Positions 13,352-28,300 of a DNA stretch of 64,000 nt are shown piece by piece. Made by a program: the position numbers and the translations under genes. The stretch is taken from contig NW_020845673.1 of NCBI RefSeq assembly GCF_003704095.1, positions 124,001 through 188,000 of the forward strand. Reading direction: 5' to 3'. The notes beneath the pieces are model-generated. The model searched no databases, had not been told where the DNA came from, and saw only the letters and a list, made by a program, of their open reading frames with translations. Position 1 is the stretch's first letter; every line of letters starts with the position of its first letter. The stretch is from Pocillopora damicornis (Eukaryota).

Positions 13352-16300
13352 GGATTGATGGAAGAAACTTTGTTCACCAGCGTTATACCGATCAATAAAG
13401 TTACAATCAGTCTAACTTTTCATTTTTGGCCTATGAATGTTTAGATAAAAATTTTATCGTTCCTTGTTCGCTTTTCCACATTTCAGCAGTTGCTGATTAC
13501 CTTGAGGTTATGATCGAAGTAGTATTGATACTTTAGAGTGATGAAGTATGTACCGATCCTATTTCAATATTTTCAAGAGTTTTGTCACTCACCGATAGTA
13601 TTTTATGAAAATTTTTTCCTCTTTATCAATAAAAACGTGAAAATATACAATATGAGATTTGAGTCAATAAAACTCTTGCTATGAAATGAAAAGTTTTCTA
13701 TCAAGATGTTGACATTCTATAAGTTAATTGTGGCAAAATTTCGATGTTTTGCAGTATTTTCATGCAGCAGCCCACTGGTTAGAAAGCTACCGAATTCCAA
13801 GATCACCGCGTCTTCGGAATACAACAAATACCACGCGCCCCGGCTTGTTAGATTGGGTCAAGTGCGGCATAGAGGTTACGTGGGAGCCTGGAGCTCAAGA
13901 CACAACAATCACAACCAATGGATCAAGTTTGACTTCTCTCGACCAATGAAAATCACTAAAGTGGACACTCAAGGTCGACAGGACTCTAACCAGTGGGTAA
14001 CGCGTTATCTGCTTTCCTCCAGCTTGGATGGAATTCACTGGCAGATTCATAGGATTAACAGTCAGGACAAGGTAGGACACCTACGATTAAGGAGTCATTT
14101 GTGAAGTTATCGCATGCAATTTGAGAATGCTCACTGTGACCGTCACGCAACATGCTCTCTCAGGGAAGAAAGTGCGTTGCGCGACAATGGCAAATAGAGG
14201 CTACTAAGGCGACTATACCCTACTTTAACAGACGTAAATACGACTCGTTACCTTCAAAGTAAAGTAGATAGCCATAGCTTTAAATACAACTGACCAACAA
14301 ACTGAATTTTTTAAGCTCCATCACGGGCCTCAGCGCGGAAGACATGTGTCGCCTGACGAGCTCGAGTTTAAGGCGTTTCCTCGTCGTGCCATTTTGACAT
14401 AACGCAAGTTGCATGAAAACCTAAAAGAAACGCCTTTGAACCTTAGCGTCCCCCAAGAATTTGATGCTCGGTTTTCTTGATTGTTGTGATACTAACGCCT
14501 CTCTACTAACTTTTCGCTAAACGTTATCTTCAAATTTTCTCTTAAAGTACTTTCAAGGAAACCGCGATCGTAACAGCGTAGTCACGCAAGCTATAAATCC
14601 ACCTATCTTGGCGCGTTACATTCGTTTACACCCGAAGGGATGGAGTGGCCACATTTCTATGAGAGTCGAGTTCTATGGATGTCGCGCAGGTAGGGACCAA
14701 TTTCTATGTAAATACATGATGCGCAATAATTCTTCAATAATAATAGTAGTACTATGAAAAATAATTCATAGAATTTTATTGAGCAGTTATCAATATAAAA
14801 TTTTCAATTTTGCATTGACGGCCAGGGTCTGTTTTTGTGTCTTTTTATGAACGTGGTCTGTTTTGTATTATTATTGGGTCTCTGTACTGTGTTCATATTT
14901 TTGAGGTAAATGGAGGTTTTTATTCATTTTTTGTCTATGTACTGTATTTTGACTATATTATTAACATTGCAATGATTGTTTCAGATCCGTGCGATGTTCC
15001 GTTGGGAATGGAAGACGGTCGAGTCACCAAGGGAATGCTCACGGCATCCTCCATGTATAACCATTACTACGGTCCCTGGAGTGCCAGGCTTCAGGCTAGG
15101 AACTATGGCTCACTCCGGGGAGGCTGGATCGCAAAGTACCGCAACACTCATCAGTGGCTGCAGATTGACCTAGGAATCTTATCCAGAGTAAAGAGAATCG
15201 CTACTCAGGGTCGGTACGACGCTAATCAGTGGGTGAAGTCTTATACAGTGTCTTACAGCAATAACGGAGCGAGGTTTTATCCTGTCAAACAGGGAAGGAA
15301 TGTCAAGGTACTAGATTTCAATATCTGATTTGATTCAAATCTTGCTTATTCGTACTTTAAAGGACCTGCTTACTTATGTGCTTCGTTTCTTTCCTTTTCT
15401 TTTCAAGGTATTCCAAGGCAACATCGAAAGAAATCATGTTGTCTTCCATAAATTCAGGCCTTCATTGAAAACGCGTTACGTTCGCGTACATCCCAAGTCA
15501 TGGTACAGCTACATTTCTATGAGAGTAGAGTTATATGGTTGTAGGCTCGGTAAGTGTGCTCCCTCAAACCCTTATAACGTTTTCCTTGATTAGGGCAAAC
15601 TCAAACTAAAGCTTTCCACTCCGCCGGTCACTTATGTCAGAAATGCATGCAATAACGAAAATGACAGATTTGACGAAATTTCACCAAACCCGTGGATTTC
15701 ATGGATTTGACAATTTTGGTGAATTTTAGTCAAATTCGTCAAAGCGAAATCAGCGGGGTGGTTTTGACGATTTTGACGAATTTTCGCCATTTTCGTTACA
15801 GCATGCATTTCTGGACGTATCTCCCGCAGGCAGAACAACGTTAGTTTTAACTACTGCTTTGTCTACAGCACTTAATTCTAATGATATTCTTTGGAATTTT
15901 CGGTCGTGATTTTCTCGATTGGTTACCTTTTTACACTTTTTGAGTGTAATTATCTCTGTGTTTATTTTTATCCTTCTGAACTTAATTTTGTTTGCTTTGA
16001 TTTCGTAAAATACGTTTCTGCCTTTCTCCTCTCTGCAACCGGTGTACCTAGACATAGCTGTAATGACTTTCTCTTATTGCTCTGCTCGCAGGCCCACTAT
16101 GCAACCGACCAATGGGATTACAGTCTGGCCGCATTAAAAATCACATGATGTCAGCCTCATCTTATTGGGATGTGAACCACGCTGCTCACTTTGGTCGGCT
16201 TCACCACCGCCGCCGCGGTCGTTTCATCGGGGCTTGGTCCTCAAAATACAACAATCGGTACCAGTTCCTGCAGGTCGACTTTGGCGGAGCGTCTAAAATA

Positions 16301-19300
16301 ATTCGAATTGCGACCCAGGGACGACATGACGCAAACCAGTGGGTGACGCAATACTATGTATCACACAGTTTAACCCGAATCCACTTCTCAGAGTATAAAG
16401 AACGAAACTCCCGAAAGGTAATAATTTATTTAATGATTATTAAGATTATCATAGACCAGACATCAAATAAAATATGATATATTATCTTGTTTATACCAGG
16501 TTTATATTTTTCTTTTTCTTTTTCTTCAATTAAGCCCTCGTTTTTTCTTCACTAACGGAGAAGAGTCCCCATGGATTTGTTGAACAAATCGTTATTATTA
16601 GTATCATTATTTTTCATTTTGTTAGTATTATCATTCTTACTATTGTTTTTCTCATAAGCAACCAAAATATTTGATTTTTGTTTGTTTGTTGTCTCGTTCC
16701 AGTATTTCTCTGGTAATCACGACCGGAACACAGTAAGGTTACACTCATTTATTCCTGCCATTCGAGGACGGTACATCCGGGTACATCCTTGGGGATGGCA
16801 CGCTCATGTCTCTATGAGATTAGAATTCTACGGATGTCGCATTGGTAAGAGGGAACACCCCTTTATTCTGCTCACTCGTTCGAAAACTGAGAGGAACGAG
16901 GACCTGGTGAATGCGTTATAAGCCTGATGGCAAGACAAACTCGAAATGTCATAGAAAAGTGTCGGGTTTTACATTAGAGCTTCCAGGACATGACTTTCTC
17001 CTTTAGGACCTCTATGCATTTATTTTAAGAGGACATTTTAAGTGTAATTCAGAAAGTAAATCATTAGGTCTTTTTTTGTGGCTAAACGTTAAATTTGTAG
17101 GTCGTAATTCGTCAACTAGGACGAACGTAAGACTCTTGAAGAGTCTTGTTTTCTGGAGAGAACATTTTGCTACTTACAGTTGCAAAATTATGACCTACAA
17201 GTTGCTAAAAAGCCTTATTCACATCTGAATGACTTATAAAATTTCCATTTTTTGTTGGTACGCCTTTTAAAACTTATCACTTGAATTTTTTCAAGATCGT
17301 TTCACCATGCCTCTTGGTATGGAAGATCGTCGTATTCTGTCGGGTCATCTTCGGGCCTCGTCGTCTTACAACTACAACCACGGACCTGACCGATCGCGTC
17401 TAAACATCGTCAACGGTCGTGGACGAACAGGAGCCTGGGTCGCCAGGCATCGTAACTATAATCAGTGGCTACAGATTGACCTCAGGGAAATGACTTTTGT
17501 GAAAGGAATCGCTACACAAGGAAGGAGAGAAGCTCATCAATGGGTGACAAAGTATCAGATATCCTATAGTCGATTCGGAGCGCGATTCATCTCTTACGTA
17601 TCTTTCGGGCGCGTTAAGGTAAGGCGAAGAAATTGTACTCTCAGGAAACTTGTTAGAGATTAATTGCAAGATTTCTGTTCTTTATGTTGAGTGCAGGGTT
17701 AAAGACCACTTTCTAAGAGGAGGCGTTCCAAATACTTGTTCCACTCAATGTAAATTTGGGCAGGTTCTACGTTTACCTTTTTTTCTACAGTTTTTTTACA
17801 GCATATAGAGATGATTTCTCTTTTGAAGATAAATTCCAAACTTTATACCCTGTTATTTTCATATTTAGTCACAAACGGCGTAGTTTGATTGCCGCGCAAA
17901 GTTATTCCGAGAGAAGTTCAGTGTACCAACCCTGAACATAATTTAACAAATCTCGCAGCGTTCCCCCTTCATTCAACATTTGCAAAACCAGGTTTTTAAT
18001 TTTCTCGCAAGTAGTGTAACTATAAAGAAGAAGCTACCAACAAACTGTTAAACTTCAGGGGGCCGACTTTGTTATTATCAAACATTTTGTTGGATTTACT
18101 TCGATTTGTTTAAAGCAAACCCATCTGCAATTAAAGATGTAACAAAATTTGTCCCTGTTCCCGTTCTTGCATTTTCGGCTGTAAGTAAAATTTGTCTTTT
18201 ACTCTTATTTTAGATGTTCCGAGGTAACTACGACATTTATCACACAGTGGCCCAGAAGATACTTCCCGCTATCAAAGCACGCTACATCAGGATCCATCCT
18301 AAGGGATGGCGTTCATACATCGCCATGAGGGTCGAACTTTATGGAGGACGATTAAGAGGTGATTACATGACTAATATCATGGGTCAGATGTTTAAATATT
18401 TGGTCCATCAAGAGTTAAGCATTCAATACTTCATTTACTTTGTATACAGAAAACTTCTGCGATGCGCCAGTAGGTCTTCAATCCGGTCGTATAAAAAACA
18501 GCCAAATCACAGCTTCCTCTCAGTGGAATAAGCATCACGCGCCCTGGCTTGCTCGTCTGCACCGAGCCAAAAGGGGGCCTTACATTGGATCCTGGTCTTC
18601 CCGACATAACAACCACAATCAGTGGCTACAAATCGACTTTAGAAGGGCAATGAAGATCACTGGTATTGCCACTCAAGGTCGACAGGACGCTGTCCAATGG
18701 GTGACCGCGTACTATATCTACTATGGTTACGATGGTGTGTACTTTTCTCAAGTGAAATATTGGTGGAGTTATGCACCAAGGGTAAGATGGTTTTTAACTA
18801 AAGATCGTTAGGAAGTATGACATGATGGCAAATTTAGTTGCATTCTGGCGCGAAGGAGCACATCGATTGAAATTCAAGTGATGAGTTTGGGAACTCATCG
18901 GTAACAATACAGGACTACCGATTCCTTTCCATTCTAATTTTGTATCCTTTTGCACTGCCTAAGAAAGTTTTACCTGATTTAAGCAAGTGACAGAAGTCGC
19001 CTTAGGTTAGTCTCCCACTTATTAGGTTACTGAAGTTACTGATAATTTAGATGAGGTAACTTTGTTGTGGGCTTTGCAGTATTAATAAATTTTCGGCTAG
19101 CAAGTGCTCAATATTTCTTCATGAAAAATTTTGCCGACATCATGGCGTTTTAGAGTGGAAGAAAGATGAGTACAGCAAATAAAGTGAGGAAAGACGACTG
19201 GCAAAAAGAATGTAGAAGGAAGGGGGAGGGGGAATCAAGAGTGGATCCGTGAACGATCGTTTTTTTGTAAGGCAAGCTCGCTCTACCTGATGAAATGCTC

Positions 19301-22300
19301 GAGGTGATTCATGTATTTCCATGCTAATACATTATTGCTTCTGTTGTGTTTGTCCTTAAACAGACTTTCCAAGGCAACCGAGATCAGCTGTCTGTACAAA
19401 CACACCCTATAAACCCAGCTATTTACGGCAGATACGTGCGAATCATACCACGAGGCTGGAGATCACATATTTCAATGAGGCTAGAGCTTTATGGAAGTCC
19501 TTGGAGTAAGTTTTTCAAAAACGCCATTTTTGTGTTATTTTTGTGTTTGTTATTTCTGTTGTCTGGAGTAAACCAATAATCACATACAAGCTCCAGGGAG
19601 AAGTTGTTGTCAGTTTAACCCTCTACTCCCTAACATCAGTATCAATCTTCTCCCTACTCTTCTCTATACATTCCCTTGGTATTGATACGGAGAATTCGTT
19701 TCACAATCAAGCTTCTAAGGTTGGCGATCATTTCCTCAATTCTCATGATCTTAATTAATGATTCAGCAGTATCACTGTAAGGAGAACTTAGAATCTGGTC
19801 ACTAAAGGGTTAAGAGAGAAATTCAATATTACACGCATCGCAAATCTCTACATCTACATTAATACGTTGAACGACACTAAATGATTCTTAGGTTTTCCTG
19901 TTTTGTGTTAAATCCATTTGAACCTCACCTCTTCACCTTCTTGTGCTCGTTCAATTATCAGTTAAATATTACGTTTGTCATTTAAAACTTTCCCCTTCCC
20001 TTTTTGATTTTTATCGTCTAAACCCACGCGTGACACTCGAAAAAAGAGCCAAGTCGACGAAGCCCTACGTGTACTTAATTTTTTTCTGTTGTAGATCGTT
20101 GTGATATGCCACTTGGTATCGAAGATAAGCGCGTCCACGACAAAATGATGCGCGCTTCTTCGCACGCCAGCTACTACTGTAGACCAGGAAGTGGACGGCT
20201 GAACGGCCGCCGATATGGTCGATACGGAGGGGCCTGGTGCGCAAAGAGACGAGACAGGCGCCAGTGGCTTCAGGTGGATTTTGGTGCATATACCAGAGTG
20301 TCTCGTATTGCTACGCAAGGAAGACAGAACTCCGCTCAATGGGTGAAATCGTACTCTCTTTCATACAGCAAGAATGGATACGCATATGTACCTTACAGAG
20401 TGGGAGGTCGAACAAAGGTTAGTGAAAGAATATTCAAAAGAATAACATCCACTACCCACTCAAGACTTAGGCTTCTAGCTCTTCTGTCTTATGTGCCCAC
20501 AGCTCTTGCCCAGGAGCCGGTTGTTCAAGGGTGGTGCTAGTGCAAATGTAGGATTAACTTTTAAACTCGGTTTTGACTTCTCTTGTTTAGCATCGCACAT
20601 TACCGCCAACATTTAGTGAGGTCTCTCGGTGTTTTGAATAATTCATCTCAGAATAACGCATAGACCCCAGTGGACTGGAAATACAGTCTTCTTTTGAGCA
20701 AGGAAACTTTGTAGCGCTCTTTCAATTTTTTCTCCCGATCTCTTAGTCTAACACACACTTTTCATTGGGACACTTAGGTTTTTAAACCTGATATTAATGA
20801 TCTATTTTACTTTCAGATATTCCTTGGAAACTATGATCAGCACGTGATTGTACGCCACAGATTACGTCACCATATCACAGCGCGCTATTTTAGATTCCAT
20901 CCCATTACGTGGTACAACTGGATCTCAATGAGAGTTGAACTGTACGGTTGTGTCGTTGGTGAGTTTCCCTCGCCCTTAATTAAGTTTCTTATTGCGATTT
21001 TTTTCAGAACGTTTAAAGCGCGTTTCGATCAAGTGAAATAAAATTATGACCAAAGAAATCACAATGGCCGGCCAAAACAAGGGCTAAATTTACGATCTCT
21101 AACCGGAGAAGTAAGGTAAATTTAGGCACCAACTTGAATTTCTGAGTGTCTATGCGGAATTTGAAAAAGTTCGGCCAGGTTCTAAACAAGTACTCTCAGT
21201 CTAATGTCCATGGCACCAGCCACTGCCTCCTGGCTTTCTTACTTCACTGTCACGTCAAAAGAGTAACATCCTTCTGAACATGGAACAACTCCCACTTTTT
21301 ATGGAAGAATGAAAACCATATCGTATTAATTGTCGCATGCGCTCTTTGGTTTATTCGTTTTAGGTGCACGATGCAACAGGCCTTTAGGAATGCAAAATGG
21401 CCGCATACGTGCAAACCAACTTACTGCTTCTTCCAGCTGGGACAAGAACCACGCACCCAGCTACGGCAGGCTACATTTCCGCCGCGCTGGTCATCGAGTG
21501 GGGGCCTGGTGCTCGCGGCATAACAACCGTCTCCAGTGGTTTCAGGTTTACTTTGGTCGCCCCACCCGGGTGGTGAAGTTTGCTACACAAGGACGACAGG
21601 ATGCCCGTCAATGGGTGACTCAGTATTATTTGACATTTAGTCAGGATGGAGTGCATTCTGCTGAATACAAAGAAAACAGTAATCGAAAGGTACATCATAA
21701 TTGCTCGTTGAAATTTTTTAAAAGATCATTTTTTCCAAACAGTGGACATATGTGGAAACTGAAATAGAAGCAAATAGAGATGTAAGCTTTAAGAACATTC
21801 CTCACTAAGTATTTCTTCTTTACGTACCTTGGTTGCTTTTCCGCCAGACATGTGTTCAAGGAAAAGAAAAATTGATTATCTAAAAAAGAGGACAGAGAGA
21901 TAGCTAGATTTTTGGAAACCAGTAAAATATGTGCCCCATTTGAGGATCGTACCCACGACCTTTAAATTTCTTCAACTTTTTCACTTTTGCTTGAGACTGA
22001 TGCGCTGCTGCCTATTGTGCTAACAAGGCACCTTGGATATCGACAAACATGCATGAATATTTATTTGGTGTGCTTCTAATTAAAAGACAGGGCAAGGGAT
22101 ATAAAACCAATGGCAATATTTAATTTTTCTATTGCAGTACTTCCAAGGAAACAGAGATCAAAACAGTGTTGTCCAACATCGCCTCTTTCCTAATATTAAA
22201 GCGCAATATATTGAGATCCATCCATGGGGTTGGTATGGACATATCTCCATGAGGGTCGAATTCTATGGCTGTGCTGAAGGTAATCGAGAAACCATTTAAC

Positions 22301-25300
22301 CCTTTCAATTCCAAAACCTCAATATAAGTTCTCCTTATTGCTTGCCATACATTTCATACTCTCTCTCTCTTTATCTTCTGTTTGGTGGTGTATTGATATC
22401 GTAAGGAGAAATTACGTATTGGTTTTCCTGAAGTGAAAGTGTTGGATTGTAAAGCCGAGGACGATCTATCATTGAGTGTTTGGCGAGGGACAGTTTCTAG
22501 TCTTCTCTCTTTCGAAAAAAAAAACAAAAACAAACAATTACATGGAGCAAAATTTCTTTGTTAACACAAGCGTTCTGCTCATATTTTTTATACTTGTAAG
22601 AACCTTCTTTTCGTCCAGTGTCAAGCCTTATCAAGAGTCATTAAAAGCTCTTAAATACATGGCTTCTCTCTCTCTCGTCTGGGTACAGAACGAAAGAATC
22701 TAACCCCTCTTCCTCTAACACTTTCAGATCGCTTTGTTATGCCACTTGGTTTGGAAGATAAGCGTATTACAGATGGTTCTCTCACCGCATCCACTTACTA
22801 CAATCATCACCTCTCTCCATGGCATGGCCGACTGAACAGCCGCTGGTCATGGAGCGTGCGCCACAACCGCAGAGGGGAATGGTTCCAAGTGAACTTTGTT
22901 GAGCTGATGCGCATAAAAGGCGTGGCTACCCAGGGAAGGCAGGACGCTTCCCAGTGGGTGAGAAGCTATACAATTATGTACAGCGTGGACGGAATGAATT
23001 TCGTGTCTTACAAGGAAGGACGTACCACCAAGGTAAATGTCTAGTGTGATTTTCAAAGGTAGATGTATTTGGTTCACAAGTGAAACCGTATGACATTGAA
23101 AAGTGCGCAAGTGTTATTCGTTTTATGTTTTCGCGGGATGTCAGTTTCTAACAAATATGGAAGTATTCCGCTTCCATTAAGAATCAGCGAAAAACTCAAT
23201 TGAATGAAACTGTTCGTTATTTCAATACACTTTGCGTCAACTTTTAAGTAATGCGATAATCTCAAGTTCCCGGCTGAGAAATGCAACTATACGAGTAAAT
23301 TCTGGTTTTGAGTATAAACTAGTATTTTTTTATGCTACTAACGAGAATAACAGAAACGTCTTTTTTTTGGGTTACGACGCTTTAATTGGAATGCGCAGAT
23401 GCCCGCTGAGGGACGTGGATCCCTGGCCTTCCGGTTAATTAGAGAATACTCCTCTAGTTTAATTGGGGAACTCAGCCAAGACAACCCTCCGTCATTCATA
23501 TGTAATAGTTTTTCCCCTGTTGTGTTTTGTGGCTGTTTTAAAAGATTCATGGTTTTATCTTAGGTCTTCAGTGGAAACACAAACCGCCATTCCATCGTGT
23601 ATCACCAGTTCCTCAGGCCCTTTACGGCCATAAACGTTCGTTTTTATCCGAAAACCTGGTACGGTTGGATATCTATGAGAGCTGAAGTTTATGGCGCTTC
23701 AGGTATGCCTTAACTTTCTATGAAAAATGTCTAAGCGATGAAATTACGACAAAAAGTAAATAAGAAATTTATTGACAAAGAAATTTAGTACTGTGCAAAT
23801 GTAATGCGAACGATTATCGTAGAATATTGCGCTTTGCTCTGCCGAGATATCGCCGATATTTTGATGATTTATCGTACACTTTAACGCCACGTGTGAACGA
23901 TAAATCGACGAGATATGGGGGCTTTTCTACGATCTTTCGTTTCTTATTTGTCATTAACCGAAAAAAATTGTTGTTCACTGTTTTTATGTCCGATTATACA
24001 GCCTCTCCGTGTAACAAACCTCTGGGATTACAAAACCACCGTCTTCCCAACAGCCGTATTACAGCATCATCGGAATGGAATCAGTTCCACGCAGCCAGAC
24101 TTGGGAGACTGGGTCAAGTCAAACGTGGCAAATATGTAGGGGCCTGGTGCACACGGTACAATAATCATCTACAATGGTTCAAGGTGGACTTTGGTCGACC
24201 AATGAAAATCACTAAAGTAGCCACTCAAGGCCGACAGGATACCAACCAATGGGTGACTTCTTTCTATCTGTCGTCAAGTCAGGATAACGTGCACTGGGAG
24301 GCATTCAAGTTTAGAAGTGTATTCAAGGTAAAAACATATGAAAATACCGATAAAATCAATCCTTATAATCAGGTGTTAGATTTACAAATTTTCTGCCCGA
24401 ACTATCTAAATAAACAATTATAGCAAAGCTGACATTTGCAGCTGTACTTGTGAACGCTGTTGTGTAGAAGCTAAAAATCTCATTGCCAACCATTTTAGAT
24501 TTAAATGTGCCCTTTTGTTTGTATTCTTGGAGAAGAAATTCATTGAATGATTTTCTGAGTGAGTTCTGCTCTACCTTTCAGTAAAAACTTTCCAGGAATC
24601 TCGCTGCTTTAATACTTAGTGGTTTGTCAAATTTTGCGAATGAAAATAAGGATAAAGTAGGAATAAGTTTTTCAGACTCTTATGCTCAGAAACTGTGATT
24701 CTAAAACGTATCAGCAGGATTGCGGGACACTGGCTTTCTAGTTTTGAGCCAATACCCCTAACATTTTTGCGAGGCTCGTGATTATTATTTCGCTCTTTCA
24801 GCTTTTTCAAGCCAATCGTGATCAAAACAGCATCGCTAAAAATGCCATAAACCCACCAATCTTGGCCAGATATGTCAAGCTTAATCCACGTGGCTGGTAC
24901 AGACACATTTCAATGAGAATCGAGTACTATGGTTGTGTCGCTGGTAAGTTTCTTTCACCTCCACCTTTCACTTTCGACCAGAATCCAATAGTACCCTGTT
25001 TCCTGTCTCCGTTGGTGATGTTTATCGTCGAGTCTTTATTTAACCCTTTCAATTCCATGCGTGACGAAAAGGTAACTTCTTCTTTTCTACGGCAATGAAT
25101 TGTCTAGAAGACAAGTGACGGAGGATAAAATCTCATTATCATCAAAATCTCCAAAGGAAAAAAATATAACGAATGTATTTTTCCACTGAAATCTTGAGAT
25201 TTAAGGGACCAACGTTAGACCGAAAGGATCATAGATAGTCAAGCGTGTCGAAAATTAACACGCTTTGAATGGAAAACTTGAAATTTTCAACAAGCAAAAG

Positions 25301-28300
25301 TTGTGAATCGGACCATCAGGAATGTTAAACTTTTCAATTTTACTGTCACAATCTAGATCGTTGCGATGTTCCCCTTGGAGTCCGGGACGGTCGCGTCACA
25401 CGCGCAATGTTCACCGCCTCATCCATGTACAACCACTACTACGGTCCTTGGAGCGCAAGACTTCAAGCTCAGAATCATGGTGTAACCAGAGGAGGCTGGG
25501 TCGCTAAGTACCGCAACACTCGTCAATGGCTACAGATTGACTTAGGAACTACTTCCAGAGTAAAGAGGATAGCTACCCAAGGCCGGTATGATGCCAACCA
25601 GTGGGTGAAGTCTTACACTGTATCGTATAGCAACAACGGTGTGAGGTTCTATCCTTACAGACACGGAAGGAGAGTAAAGGTTAGTTATATAGAATTGAAC
25701 GTGTCATACCTCACTTTGGCCAGTTTTATTCCACGAAGAAGCAATATTTATTTAACATGCGAGCAAATCGTAGATAAAGCGTAAATTATCAACGCAAGGA
25801 ACAAAGTGCTAATGCAATTTCCAGATGAAAAATTTGACAAGATTCAAAGCTTTTGGAAATCTCTGTAATGAAATGCACTTGGGTATTCAATACATTTCAA
25901 TTAATTTACGTTGTGTAGTTTAAGGAAAGAGCTTTAAGCTACCCATACAAGGTAGGAGTAACATAAAGGCTTCTTTTTTGCCCTTTTACTTTTACTGATA
26001 CTGTTGCTCTGACTGCTACGATGTCGCATGGTCGTCAACTGTATATCTTAATTGAAGACGTACTTCAGTTTGCGAATTGTGTAGTCCTTAGATGTCTCGA
26101 GACACGTTAGAGGCCTACGTACGGGGGAAAATCATTACAGTCAGAATTACATGAGAAACCGAAGCGAGGAGCAGATGTCTCAGATGTGACTTAAGTATTA
26201 ATTATCAGGCACAGGCGATAAAGTCTCTCTCTTCATTTGCTACAAATGTTATAATAACTAGCCAATCTAAAGACACATTCTCATAGCACATTTATTTTGT
26301 AGATATTCCAAGGCAACACCGAGAGATATTATGTAGTGTACCACAGGTTTCGCCCGTCCATCAAGGCCCGCTATATACGTATTCACCCACGGACTTGGTA
26401 CAGCTGGATCTCTATGAGGGTTGAACTTTACGGCTGTCGACTGGGTACGTGTAGTCCTAGTGTATGAAGAATCCGGGGCCAAATTTCTCAGAATGCTGAC
26501 AGGATATGCAATCGAAAGTTCGCCTTGGTGCTGACTGAATTATAATTTGGAGGTCACGGATCTTCGACTCTGCAACAAGCCTTGTTTTGTTGTAGCTCCG
26601 AGTTCATCTCCTCAACTGCGCTCAGTAAATTTCAACTGGTTTGCTAAATATCAATCAGACTTGAAACAATCTACTTTGTATTGTTTCTATCTGCTGATTT
26701 ACTTACCGCGTCCCCAGTTACTCAGAAGTCTAAAAAACATTGATATCTTATCAACTTAATTTTATCGCCAGCTGTTATCTGGGAAAATATCGCAGACCTC
26801 TGAGAAATGATAACTTAATCTACATGCGCTTAAAACTCGCAAAAATCATTCAAAATTTGATCAAGTTCGCCGGTTTGATAATCAGCCTTTTTTAAGAGTT
26901 ACCAGCATAGCATTGACCGCAAAATTTTAGTAGACTACTATGTCGTTATTCCAAAAGCTTTTTAGCCCAGATTATAGGTGACAAGAATCAGGAAACTAAT
27001 TAAATATGGGCTAATATGTATGGATGTGACGAGAAATTCTTGCAAATAATTTTTCTTAAAATGTGTGGTGATTGTGAGGAAAGTCGATGTTTTGATCCCA
27101 AAAATAAATAGGCCAAGCGTCGTAGATAGTTATACAGTATTTTTTTTCCTCTTAGCCTCTTTATTTTGTCTTTATTAGGTGTCCTCTGCAACCGACCAAT
27201 GGGAATGCAGACAGGGCGCATCAAGAACTACCAAATCACGGCGGCATCCATGTGGGATACATTCCATGGTCCTTATCTGGCAAGACTCCATCGGCCGCGT
27301 CGGGGACGATACATAGGGGCCTGGTCAGCAAAATACAATAACCATTACCAGTGGCTGCAAGTGGACTTTAAAAGAGCAGCGAAGATCATTAAGATATCTA
27401 CACAGGGACGGCAGGATACTTACCAGTGGGTTACACAGTATTACGTCACCAGGAGTCTCGACAGAGTTCACTTTATGCCATATATGGAAAGGAATAGCAT
27501 TAAGGTATGAGGCAGAGCACGAGTCTAGAACTCATTGGTGAAAATCTTTGAACAGGGTGCTGGTTGTCTGTGTTTCAGCACTAACTAAACTAGGACACGG
27601 TTGTGAGTTTGTTGGCCTCAAACTCCCGTAGGTGATGTGTCCAGTTAATAAGGCGCCCGTCACTATGGTCACTTGATGGGACAGCTAAATGTCCTAAGAC
27701 GAGTAAGCCAACAAATTCCAGATCCTCCAACAGGGAATCAATTGGTGCGATCGAACCTTCGTTATCTTGCAGGATAAACAATGTTGCCCTTAACATGAAG
27801 GGAGGATATCGTCACGATAGCAGTTTTATTGTCCCCCAGCCCCCTTCATTTTCCTTTAAGAAAAGGCGCAGTTGCACTCAATACCAATATTGTAAACTTT
27901 TTTGCCCACAATGGTCTCCGTGAAACTTCTCGATATACATATATCATGTGTGGGTCGCATAATCACACTCTTCTGAGAGTCTAAGGGCCTGTCTCCCTCC
28001 TACCATGGTTACGGCCATGTTCTCCTGGCAGCCGTAATACGACGGTTTGTTATGCAAAAAGCACCCAGCGGCACAAGAACATCTCACTGAGACTATCTAC
28101 GAGTATTTCAGGAGTAAAATTCAGTTAAAATCTTACTAATAATATATATTCTAATATATATGTTCTTTTATCTGTTGCAGTACTTCACGGGAAACCGTGA
28201 CCAAAATACTGTTGTCACCAACTCCTTTGTTCCTATACTGCGTTGTCGTTACATCCGGGTCCGTCCCAGAGGATGGTACAAACACATATCCATGAGAGTA

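Noticed and set aside
13165-13395. SINQ-repeat ORF
   Set aside because: Translation of the (GATT)n microsatellite
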